Positions 55,604 through 63,752 are shown, counted from the first letter of the stretch. The stretch: DNA of 64,000 nt from an uncultured Acidobacteriota bacterium (GCA_963837055.1 CAWILU010000006.1:192389-256388); one strand, 5' to 3'. The notes: generated by a model not told the origin, from the sequence alone. Translations and numbers: made by a program.

Positions 55604-57124
55604 GTGGCTGCGGTGGGAATCGATGAAGTAGTTATGCTCCCGCCGTCCCGTTCCGCGACGAGGGAACCCTTGGCCGCAACCCAAACTGCAGACATCAGGG
55701 CCCTGCTCGGGGCCGGTGACGAAGACCGCGTCGCCGTAGCCCATTTCCTCGTCGGCGCCTTGTTCCTCGTCGTGGCCGGTGTCTTCGAGCTTCTCTCTCT
55801 CTTCGCCCTGAGATTCGGCGGGCTCGCCCCGATCAGCTACGGCCGGGCCGAGTCGCTGGCCAACGTCACCGTCATGCTCGGGTTCCTCGTCCTCACTTTG
55901 GCCGGCGGCATCTACTACGTCCTCCCCAGACTGACCGGGGCTCGGCTGTGGAGGAAAGAGCTGGCCTATCTCGGTCTGCTCGGGGTGTCCGGTCTGGTGG
56001 TCCTCGACCTTCTCGCCATCGTCTTCGGCTTTGGCGAAGGCCGCCAGCCGTTCGGCGTTCCCTGGTGGCTCCATCTCCCGATGCTGGCCGTTCTCCTCAT
56101 CCCCCTGGCTGTCACCGTGATGACTATCCGGCGGCGCGAGGAACAACGGAGCTTCGTCACGCTCTGGTTCGTAATGGGTGGAGTCGTCTGGCTCCCATTG
56201 CTCTACCTCGTCTACACCGTTGGACAGCTCCCGTTCTTCTCCGCTCTCGGCGAGGAATACTCAGATCTCTTCTTCTCCGCCGGGTTCGTCACCCTCTGGG
56301 TGTTCACGGTGGGCAGCGGGCTCTTCTATTACACCCTCGTCAAGGAGCTGGACATCCCGCTCGCCTCCCGCCAGCTGGCCTCGGTTGGCTTCTGGTCGTT
56401 GGGATTCGCAGCAGCATGGTGGGGCTCAGCCCAGCTCGTGTTCGGCCCTGGGCCGGGCTGGATCGACGGAGTGTCAGCCGCGTTGGGCCTCGCCTTTCCG
56501 ATTGGGGCACTGGCCAACGCATCGAATGCCTCGGTCACCCTCCAGGGCCACTGGGAGGAGCTGGGCGACAAGCCGGGGGTGGTGTCGGGGGTCTTGGGTC
56601 TCTACCTGGGAGTGGCAGTGGCAATCCTCGCCAGCTTCGCCTCCTTCCCGTCCGTGGGATCGGTGACCGCGCTCACGGCTTATTGGGAGGCGATCGAATA
56701 TGCCGCTCTCTACGGGGTGGGAGTGCTCCTTGCCGCCGGGATCGTGTTCGAGGCCCTGCCCCGTGTCGCCGGTCGTGAGCTGGCCTCTCTGGACCGCCCC
56801 CGGTCGTTCAATCGCTGGACTGTGATCGGCGTCGGCGGCGTCGCGGTCAGCCTTGTGGCATCCGGGCTGGTCAGCGGCTACTCGTGGGTGGCCGGGTCCA
56901 ATAGCGCGGCCTATGTCGACGTTGGTGAAGGTTGGGCTGCGGGAGCCGGGACGGCCGAGGTCCTGCTGCTCGTTGCATTCGGGTTCGGCATCATCGCCTT
57001 CCTCGGCCAGCTGGCTTACGCCGCCACAGTCCTCGGGACCGTCACCATCGGGAAGGCGGTCCCCCAGGAGGTGCTGGTCTACGGGTTGGAGCCGCCGGGC
57101 GGCGAGGAAGTCGCTGATGAGTGA
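55604..57124 (+). CDS. cbb3-type oxidase subunit I (CcoN)-like 12-TM protein lacking the canonical His ligands
   Basis: Blocks resemble CcoN (ISYGRAESLANVTVMLGF, GGIYYVLPRLTGARLW, TLWFVMGGVVW, ALANASNASVTLQGHWEEL). Only 3 His in 506 aa, none at expected ligand positions. Start uncertain (GTG 55604 or ATG 55634). Confidence 0.6.
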   Translation: MAAVGIDEVVMLPPSRSATREPLAATQTADIRALLGAGDEDRVAVAHFLVGALFLVVAGVFELLSLFALRFGGLAPISYGRAESLANVTVMLGFLVLTLAGGIYYVLPRLTGARLWRKELAYLGLLGVSGLVVLDLLAIVFGFGEGRQPFGVPWWLHLPMLAVLLIPLAVTVMTIRRREEQRSFVTLWFVMGGVVWLPLLYLVYTVGQLPFFSALGEEYSDLFFSAGFVTLWVFTVGSGLFYYTLVKELDIPLASRQLASVGFWSLGFAAAWWGSAQLVFGPGPGWIDGVSAALGLAFPIGALANASNASVTLQGHWEELGDKPGVVSGVLGLYLGVAVAILASFASFPSVGSVTALTAYWEAIEYAALYGVGVLLAAGIVFEALPRVAGRELASLDRPRSFNRWTVIGVGGVAVSLVASGLVSGYSWVAGSNSAAYVDVGEGWAAGAGTAEVLLLVAFGFGIIAFLGQLAYAATVLGTVTIGKAVPQEVLVYGLEPPGGEEVADE

Positions 57125-57941
57125 GCTGAGCGCCGCCGCTGCCGAGGCCTTGGGCATCCCCGAGGCGATCGTCTCGCGGTCGGCTGCCGCCCGCGCTGAG
57201 GAAACCGGGATGACCGTTGACGAGGTTCTCGCCGCATGGGCCGGTGGCGGGGACATCCCGGCTCCTGTTTCCTCCCCCGGGAGCGAAGCGACTTTGGGTG
57301 AGGTGGATCGGCCGGAGGCCGAGACGGAGGGGGCTCCGGAACCCGTAAGAGACGACACTCCCCCCTCCCCGCCTCCGGCGGTACTCCCCCCTGCGGGGAG
57401 AGAAATGCCGCCGCCGGCCGTTCCCGGAAAGCCACCGGTCCTGATCGGAGAGACCGACAACCCGATCGCGGTGCTGGTGGGCGCGGTCGGTCTGTTCGTC
57501 GCTCTCTTCCTGGTCGGCGTTGTCGGCCCTTCCCTACCCACAGAGAACCCGGGGGCACGCACCAGTGAGCTGCCCTACAGCGCTGCGGGCCTCCATGGGC
57601 AGGACATCTACCAGTCTGTGGGCTGCGCTTCGTGCCATACCCAGATGGTCCGTCCCGTGATAGCGGACGTCGGCCTCGGTGCGGTCTCTCTCAATGACAG
57701 CAACCAGGTGCTCGGCTCACGCCGCTTCGGGCCGGATCTCTCCGATATCGGTGGACGTACCTCTGCCAGCCAGATCGAAGCAGTGATAACCGGTTTCGAT
57801 GGTCATCCGTCGCTGTCGCTGTCTACGGAGGATCTCGACGCGCTGGTCACCTATCTGGTCGAGTCGGCGACTCTCGAGGAGGCTCCGGCAGAAGAGCCCG
57901 TCGAGGAAGAGGCGGCTGAGGAAGAGGCAGCGGCTCCATGA
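57117..57941 (+). CDS. CcoO-like monohaem cytochrome c subunit with N-terminal conserved module
   Basis: GQDIYQSVGCASCHTQMVRP and GSRRFGPDLSDIGGR match CcoO. N-terminal module MSELSAAAAEALGIPEAIVSRSAAARAEETGMTVDEVLAAWAGGG, then a Pro-rich linker and a TM segment. It overlaps the upstream gene by 8 nt. Confidence 0.7.
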   Translation: MSELSAAAAEALGIPEAIVSRSAAARAEETGMTVDEVLAAWAGGGDIPAPVSSPGSEATLGEVDRPEAETEGAPEPVRDDTPPSPPPAVLPPAGREMPPPAVPGKPPVLIGETDNPIAVLVGAVGLFVALFLVGVVGPSLPTENPGARTSELPYSAAGLHGQDIYQSVGCASCHTQMVRPVIADVGLGAVSLNDSNQVLGSRRFGPDLSDIGGRTSASQIEAVITGFDGHPSLSLSTEDLDALVTYLVESATLEEAPAEEPVEEEAAEEEAAAP

Positions 57942-59005
57942 GCGATCTGAGCGCTGCCGCGGCCGCTCTCGGCGTCCCTGAGGCCATCGTGCAACGGTCG
58001 GCTGCGGCGCGCGCCACCGAGACCGGGATGACCGTCGACGAGGTGCTGGCCGCCTGGGCCGGTGGCGGATCGGTAGCAGGAGCTCCCGCTCCGTCTGCGG
58101 AGGACGCGCCACCCGCTGAGGTCGAAGAGGCAGTCGAGGAAAAGGCCGCCCCCTCCCCGCCTCCGGCGGTCGTTCCCCCTTCGGGTGGAGAGACGCCGGT
58201 CGAGCCGGCTGCGGCCCCCGCAGGTCCGGTGACTCGTTCGCCTGTCCCGGCCGAAGTCACCGCTGCCGAGGCAGCAGGTTTGCCCGAGGTGGTCACGGTG
58301 CCTACTGCAGGGATCAGGGAGCGCCCCAACTTCGCCATCCCTCGGTGGCTGGCCGCGGTGATGCTGATCATTCCCGCTTTCGCTCTGTTCGCCCTGGGCG
58401 GGTCCGCCACCGGCGAATGCGGCGAGTCGACCGAGCTCGACACCGACGTGATCACCGGTGAGGTGGTGAATTGCGACGGGACCGAGTTCACCGGATCCGG
58501 CACCGGGGGCGGTGGCGCCGACTTCATCGCCATGGGCGAGGACGTCTACATGAACGTCGCCAACTGCGACGGCTGTCATGGCGCCCAGGGAGAGGGTGGG
58601 GTGGGACCAGGTTTCGCCGGGGTGGTCAACACCTTCGGCTCCTGCGCCGATCACATCGAGTGGGTCACCCTCGGCTCGGCCGGTTTCCAGGCCGACGGGC
58701 GGGGAACCTACGGGGACACAGGCAAGGCGATAAACGGAGGCATGCCCGCATTTGGGGATAGTTTGAGTCCCGAGCAACTCGCCTCGGCAGTCGCCTACGA
58801 GCGGGTCCGTTTCGGTGGCGCCGACCCGGCCGAGGTCCTGACCGACTGTGGTCTCGCACCGGCGGAGGGTGAGGAAGGCGAAGAGGGCGGTGCCCCCGGT
58901 GAGACGACTCCGGGCTCGACCACCCCCGGTGAAGAGGCCCCGGCAGACGGCGAGACAACGACCACCGTGAGCGGCGCCGAGGCTGCGATCGCCCGCGTGC
59001 CCTGA
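57938..59005 (+). CDS. Membrane-anchored class-I cytochrome c (CcoP-like role) with the same N-terminal module
   Basis: CDGCHG ... GGMPAF. The N-terminal MSDLSAAAAALGVPEAIVQRSAAARATETGMTVDEVLAAWAGGG is paralogous to that of the preceding gene. ATGA overlap. Confidence 0.7.
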   Translation: MSDLSAAAAALGVPEAIVQRSAAARATETGMTVDEVLAAWAGGGSVAGAPAPSAEDAPPAEVEEAVEEKAAPSPPPAVVPPSGGETPVEPAAAPAGPVTRSPVPAEVTAAEAAGLPEVVTVPTAGIRERPNFAIPRWLAAVMLIIPAFALFALGGSATGECGESTELDTDVITGEVVNCDGTEFTGSGTGGGGADFIAMGEDVYMNVANCDGCHGAQGEGGVGPGFAGVVNTFGSCADHIEWVTLGSAGFQADGRGTYGDTGKAINGGMPAFGDSLSPEQLASAVAYERVRFGGADPAEVLTDCGLAPAEGEEGEEGGAPGETTPGSTTPGEEAPADGETTTTVSGAEAAIARVP

Positions 59006-59024
59006 CCCCTTTCCGATTTTTTTC

Positions 59025-59318
59025 TCAGTCGCCAAGTTTTCGCAACGCGCGGCGCAAGGGCTTCGCCTCGATCCGGCCCTCAGCCAACACCACGTCGTCG
59101 GGACCGAGGAGCACCGGAACTCGCAGGCCGTAATCCCTGGTCAGTGCATCGTCACCATCGATATCGATCTCCGAGAGGGTCCCACCCCTCTCTCGAACCG
59201 CCTGTTCCACCAGAGGGCGGGCCTCGTCACAGAGATGGCATCCGGGCCGGATCAAGAATTTGCAGATCAAATATTTCAAGTAACCACTCTCGGTGACCGA
59301 TAATGGACGGGCATGCAA
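59025..59318 (-). CDS. Glutaredoxin-like (DUF836/thioredoxin-fold) protein
   Basis: RPGCHLCDEA CxxC motif with ..VPVL.. downstream. The true start is probably an internal TTG near 59270-59280. Confidence 0.6.
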   Translation of the reverse strand: MHARPLSVTESGYLKYLICKFLIRPGCHLCDEARPLVEQAVRERGGTLSEIDIDGDDALTRDYGLRVPVLLGPDDVVLAEGRIEAKPLRRALRKLGD

Positions 59319-59423
59319 GAAGGAGGGTCAACCGTTCCCCTCATACCTAGGGCACGTTCGTCCAAGGTGTGAACGGATAGCCTCCCAGCCCGCCCCACGG
59401 TACGGCACTCTCCTTCGTGTGTA

Positions 59424-59460
59424 GATGAGGCCCCCGCCTAGCGGGGGCCTCATCTTTTTC
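59424..59460 (+). terminator. Strong rho-independent terminator (plus-strand polarity) with no annotated plus-strand gene upstream
   Basis: Perfect 14-bp stem gatgaggcccccgc-cta-gcgggggcctcatc followed by TTTTT. Confidence 0.75.
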
Positions 59461-59555
59461 CGCCCGGGCGATCGGGTCTGCCATCGTGGGGGAGTTGAGA
59501 CCCGCCACTGCCATCGTCCTGATCATCCTGTTGGTGCTCATCGCCGTGGCCGGGG

Positions 59556-60389
59556 TCATCCAGCTGATGTCGATCCTGTCCCAGCCAGGGTGACCGCAAC
59601 TCCAGCCGACAGATTCATCTCCTCGTCGGCGGCACCATCACGAACCGCAATGGCGATCAACCCGGACGAGTCGACGTGCAGCAAAGCCTCGCCGGGCTCC
59701 ACATCCGAATATGCCCCGGCCCAAGGGATGGTGTGGAGAGAAGCGCCGACTTTCATCGTGAGGACCGATCCGGGCGCCAACCCCACGGCAACCAGATCAT
59801 CGGGACCGATGTTGGTCTGAACGTTCCCGAACCGATCGACCCACCACGCCTCTCCGATGACAAGGCTGCCTTCGATCTCAGGAAGCGGCAGCAACAAGGG
59901 CTGGACCGAGTCGGGGCCGAGCTCGGTGCCGAGATCGCGGATCGCCGCTTCCCCCGAGGCGAGGAGCGCTGCAGCAGGCGCGAACACGTCACGGCCGTGG
60001 AAGGTCTCCCCGGGTGAGGGGATCCTGGCCTCGGGATTGTCGATCGAAACCATCACCCGGGCCCCTCCCACCATCGCCACCGCCGGGGAAAGGACGCCAT
60101 TGTCCGGGCCGACGAAGAACCCCCACTCGGTCTCGACCGCCAGCGCATGGCGCTCCGAGCCCACCCCGGGGTCGACCACCACCAAGGCCACACCTTCAGG
60201 GAGGTACTGGATGGCTCGGGTGAGGCTCAGAGCAGCCGCCTTCACGTCTCCCCTCGGCGTGCCATGTCCGACATCGATCACCCGTGAGTCGGGGGCGAGC
60301 TTGGCCAGCACCCCGTGCACCACGCCGACGAACTCGTCAGCGAGGCCGAAGTCGGAGAGGAAGCTGATGGGGAGTGCGTTGAGTGTCAT
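59556..60389 (-). CDS. SAM hydrolase / SAM-dependent halogenase family protein (DUF62)
   Basis: ISFLSDFGLADEFVGVVHGV, VVVDPGVGSER, FHGRDVFAPAAA. Start ATG 60389. Confidence 0.8.
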   Translation of the reverse strand: MTLNALPISFLSDFGLADEFVGVVHGVLAKLAPDSRVIDVGHGTPRGDVKAAALSLTRAIQYLPEGVALVVVDPGVGSERHALAVETEWGFFVGPDNGVLSPAVAMVGGARVMVSIDNPEARIPSPGETFHGRDVFAPAAALLASGEAAIRDLGTELGPDSVQPLLLPLPEIEGSLVIGEAWWVDRFGNVQTNIGPDDLVAVGLAPGSVLTMKVGASLHTIPWAGAYSDVEPGEALLHVDSSGLIAIAVRDGAADEEMNLSAGVAVTLAGTGSTSAG

Positions 60390-60410
60390 GCGTGGCCCTA
60401 TATTGCCGCG

Positions 60411-61292
60411 ATGTCCGAGCCCACCCACGACGGTGTCGCGCGCGAGGTGTCGCGGGCGCGGGTAGCCATGTTGATGGGGAGCGTCGACACAGGAAAGACG
60501 ACGCTCGCCCTCCAAGCCGCCCGCCTCGCCTTGGCCGCGGGCCGCACCGTCGCGATCGTCGACGCCGATGTCGGCAATTCCACGATCGGTCCCCCGGCGT
60601 GCGTCGGGCTGAAGGTGCTCCGCGTTCCCGAGGACATCGATGACGTGCACACGCCCGACCGGCTCCACTTCGTCGGGACGATCACCCCGGCCCGACTCGT
60701 CCTCCAACAGGTCGTCGCCACGGCGGCAATGGTCGACCAGGCCCGGGAGATGGCCGACCTGGTGATCCTGGACACCACCGCAGTGGTCTCGGGAGTCGCC
60801 GGCGAGACCCTGAAGTACCACAAGGCAGAGCTGTGCCGGCCCGACAAGGTGGTCGCGCTGCAACGGGGTGGGGAGATGGAGCCGGTAGTGGGGATGCTCA
60901 GGCGGTTCCTCGGAATGGAGGTGACGGTGACCCCGGCCGACCCAAATGTCATGCCTATCTCCCCAGACGAACGGGCGCAAAGGAGGACCGAGGCCTTCGC
61001 CCGGGCGCTTGCGCCCCCACTCGAGCGCTGGAAGGTCCGTCCCACCGTGTTCGCTCCCACTCTTCCCATGGGTCTCAACCTGGGGCGGCTCGACGACGTC
61101 CTGGTCGGGGTACAGGACGAAGGTGGGGGCTGTCTCGGCCTGGGAATCCTGAGCAACGAGGACGACGGTCTCCGAGTGATGACCAATACCGGCGAAGGGA
61201 TGAAAGGGCTCAGGCTCGGGTCGATGCGGCTCGATCCGGGCACCCTCGAATCGAGCGTGATCAGCCTGCGCGAGGTCATGTTCGGGATCTGA
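60411..61292 (+). CDS. Clp1/Grc3-like P-loop polynucleotide kinase family protein
   Basis: P-loop MLMGSVDTGKTTLA followed by VAIVDADVGNSTIGPPACVGL, typical of CLP1_P-type proteins. Start ATG 60411. Confidence 0.65.
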   Translation: MSEPTHDGVAREVSRARVAMLMGSVDTGKTTLALQAARLALAAGRTVAIVDADVGNSTIGPPACVGLKVLRVPEDIDDVHTPDRLHFVGTITPARLVLQQVVATAAMVDQAREMADLVILDTTAVVSGVAGETLKYHKAELCRPDKVVALQRGGEMEPVVGMLRRFLGMEVTVTPADPNVMPISPDERAQRRTEAFARALAPPLERWKVRPTVFAPTLPMGLNLGRLDDVLVGVQDEGGGCLGLGILSNEDDGLRVMTNTGEGMKGLRLGSMRLDPGTLESSVISLREVMFGI

Positions 61293-61325
61293 GTGGTGGG
61301 ATTCTGGTTTTGGGTATTGGGTGAT
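61288..61325. repeat. Short G/T-rich intergenic repeat, inverted copy of the 30831..30862 motif
   Basis: The reverse complement cccaaaaccagaatcccaccactcaga resembles ctcaaaacccaagacccaccacccaaga in the nuoL-nuoM spacer. Confidence 0.45.
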
Positions 61326-61351
61326 CGGCCCGTACGTCCGATATACACTCG

Positions 61352-62056
61352 ATGCCCGGGAAGAAGCACTGGCTGTCTCTGCTGCTCGTCGCCTTCGCCT
61401 CGACGGCCATTGGCCTGGCCGCGGCAGCTGACTCGGGGACGGAGAGCGCCTTCGTATCCCTGATCAACTCCACGCGTGCCAACAATGGAATGGCCCCCCT
61501 TCAGGTGGACGGTGGGCTCCAGGGACATGCCCGCAACCACACCCAGGACATGATCGCCTCTGGTGGGATCTACCACTCCAGCTCGGCTGAGCTCTCAGCG
61601 GCCGCGGGGAGTGGCTGGTCGAGGGTCGGGGAGAACGTCGGCAACGGCCAAACCCCAGAGACACTGCACAGCGCTTTCATGAATTCCTCGGGGCACGCCG
61701 CCAACATCCTCGGCGACTACAACTACGTAGGCGTCGGCACCGGAAACAGCGCCGACGGGTCGCTCTGGGTAACGGTCGTCTTCATGAAGAAGGGCGAGAC
61801 GGCGCCGCCCACGACAGCGGCGCCGCCGCCGACTGAGGCGCCCGCTCCGCCCCCACCGTCGGACTCACCCGCTCCCACCAACCCACCCTCCGGTGAAGCG
61901 GTCCCCTCCGCTCCGGCGTCGACCACGACTTCGACAACGACCACGACGCTGGCTCCCACCACGACCACGACCATGATCGTGCCGCCGGACAAGGCGGTGG
62001 CCCCGGGCCAGTCGTGCATCGAGGCAACCCGGTTCGCCCAGCTCTGCCACGACTGA
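61352..62056 (+). CDS. Secreted CAP/SCP/PR1-like domain protein with Pro/Thr-rich C-terminal region
   Basis: Signal peptide. FVSLINSTRANNGMAPL, GENVGNG, SSGHAANILGDYNYVGVG, then a PT-rich linker and a Cys pair. Confidence 0.75.
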   Translation: MPGKKHWLSLLLVAFASTAIGLAAAADSGTESAFVSLINSTRANNGMAPLQVDGGLQGHARNHTQDMIASGGIYHSSSAELSAAAGSGWSRVGENVGNGQTPETLHSAFMNSSGHAANILGDYNYVGVGTGNSADGSLWVTVVFMKKGETAPPTTAAPPPTEAPAPPPPSDSPAPTNPPSGEAVPSAPASTTTSTTTTTLAPTTTTTMIVPPDKAVAPGQSCIEATRFAQLCHD

Positions 62057-62058
62057 GT

Positions 62059-62119
62059 TTCGAGTTCTGGGTGGTGAGTGTTGGGTTTGGACTCACCATT
62101 CACCACTCACCACCCAAGA
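62059..62119 (+). repeat. Intergenic repeat/hairpin after the CAP-domain gene
   Basis: CGAGTTCTGGG ... a perfect 13-bp inverted repeat tgggtggtgagtg (62067..62079) / cactcaccaccca (62103..62115) ... CACCACCCAAGAC. Both end motifs are shared with 30807..30862. Confidence 0.6.
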
Positions 62120-62384
62120 CTCATACACAAACGCCCGAGTGACCTACCTGAGCCTCCTCCGCACTTCCCCGAACGGACGGTGCTCTGATCTGCCTCTCGG
62201 GCGTTCGCAATACCGAATGTAGGACCCGGCTGAGCGCGAGGCAACGACCTTGACCTGATCGTCGTCTATCGCTACCGAACGTAAGCTTGTGACAAATGGG
62301 CGGCCAGTCCGGTCCGGAGAGGGGTTACCAACAGGAATCCCGGGTTTCCACAGGGTTTGTCCACACGGCTTTGTTCACAAGTTT

Positions 62385-62810
62385 CTAACCCGAATTTTCG
62401 CGACCTGAGACGAGAGCGTGGAGCAAGGGCCTGAAACTGACCTCGATGGTGTCGTACACCTCACCTAGCGCCAGGTCGAGCTCGAGGTCGGTCACCTGGG
62501 GCTCGGCGAGCCGGCCACGGAGCACGAGACCATCCTCGTGGTCGAGGGCGAAGTGCGCCCGCCAGCCTCTCATGTTGCGTCGTAGGACCTGACCGAACAA
62601 CTCCGCTCCTGCCTCGGACGCGGGCAGCACGTAGGCCTCGTACTCCAGGCTGCGCTCCCCGACCGTGAACCAAACGGTGGTGGCATCGCGGGTCTCCTGG
62701 CGCATCCTCACCGCCCAGCGCCCTTCGACCTCCTCGGAATACTCGACACTCGAATCGGGGTCGGCCACCCAATCCTCGATCCGCCGCTCCAACACCTCCC
62801 TCATCCCCAT
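62385..62810 (-). CDS. YbjN-like domain protein (hypothetical)
   Basis: 141-aa acidic protein. WAVRMRQETRDATTVWFTVGERSLEYEAYV resembles actinobacterial YbjN-domain proteins (from memory). Confidence 0.45.
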   Translation of the reverse strand: MGMREVLERRIEDWVADPDSSVEYSEEVEGRWAVRMRQETRDATTVWFTVGERSLEYEAYVLPASEAGAELFGQVLRRNMRGWRAHFALDHEDGLVLRGRLAEPQVTDLELDLALGEVYDTIEVSFRPLLHALVSGRENSG

Positions 62811-63748
62811 CGCAGCTCCACCCTCGGCTCGAGCTCACCAACCACCCGTCCGCCGCCCAGCACCTTGGGGCGGGCGTGGTCGGCAAGACGGTCGGCGGCA
62901 ACGGCTGAGAGCTCATCCAATGCCGCCAACGTGGCGACGACGGCCACATCGGCAACCTCTTGAATCCCGTCCCAGGACTTGACCGCAACACCGAGCCGTC
63001 CCTCGATGGCCACCCCGATACAGCCGGCCGCCCCTCGCTTGGCGGCACCGTTGATCGCAACCGCCACTGCGGCGTCACCATTGGCCGTTCCAGACGCCAG
63101 CGCCGGGTATCGATGCATCGCCCCGAACACGGCTCCGAGACGGGGCGAGCTGGCGAGACGGGCATACAGAAGAGCCATCGCACGGGTGGTGGTGCGGTGG
63201 ACAGGAGCCCCGCACCCATCGACACCTACCGGCGAGCCCGAGAATCCGCTCAGGTCGGTGATCGCGTCGGTGATCGTCGCCTGGATCGGGTGATCGGGCG
63301 CCAGATATCCGTCGATCGGCCAGCCTTGCGCCCGGCACGCCCTCAACCACGCAGCATGCTTTCCCGAGCAGTTGTGCCACACGCGCCTCATCTGCTCATT
63401 CCCCCCTCTCCTCAGCCGCGTGGTCGCCGTGTCGGACAAGGGCCAATCCGGCGGGCATTGGAGAGCGGACTCGTCGAGACCGACCCCGGCGAGCATCGCC
63501 TCGACCAGTGCGACGTGAACCGGCTCACCATCATGAGACCCGGAGGCGACCGCCAACTCGAGCGGGCTGAGCGAGGCACCGCTCTCCTGGGAAACGAGGG
63601 CCTGAAATGGCTTGGACGCCGATCTGAGGAAGAAGGGCTGGTCGATGTCGCCGGAGGAGGCCACCAGCGCCCCTTCAGGGGTGAGGACCGCGACGGCTCC
63701 ATCGTGCATCGTCTCGACCAGGCCCGAGCGGGTTCGCGCCGCGAGCAA
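62801..63748 (-). CDS. Asparaginase, Asparaginase_II (Rhizobium-type) family
   Basis: FLRSASKPFQA, ASGSHDGEP, HNCSGKHAAWL, VDGCGAP. Confidence 0.75.
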   Translation of the reverse strand: MLAARTRSGLVETMHDGAVAVLTPEGALVASSGDIDQPFFLRSASKPFQALVSQESGASLSPLELAVASGSHDGEPVHVALVEAMLAGVGLDESALQCPPDWPLSDTATTRLRRGGNEQMRRVWHNCSGKHAAWLRACRAQGWPIDGYLAPDHPIQATITDAITDLSGFSGSPVGVDGCGAPVHRTTTRAMALLYARLASSPRLGAVFGAMHRYPALASGTANGDAAVAVAINGAAKRGAAGCIGVAIEGRLGVAVKSWDGIQEVADVAVVATLAALDELSAVAADRLADHARPKVLGGGRVVGELEPRVELRWG

Positions 63749-63752
63749 ACTT

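Noticed and set aside
59347-59820. ORFs 59347..59559 (minus) and 59425..59820 (plus) across the orphan terminator.
   Set aside because: Both read straight through the 14-bp terminator stem. The plus-strand one is antisense to the well-supported DUF62 gene. Neither has recognisable motifs.
56474-61576. Minus-strand ORFs 56474..57562, 57851..59035 and 60398..61576 overlapping the CcoN-like, cytochrome c and Clp1-like genes.
   Set aside because: They are Ala/Arg/Ser/Pro-rich shadows. The plus-strand products carry CxxCH, GPDL and P-loop motifs.
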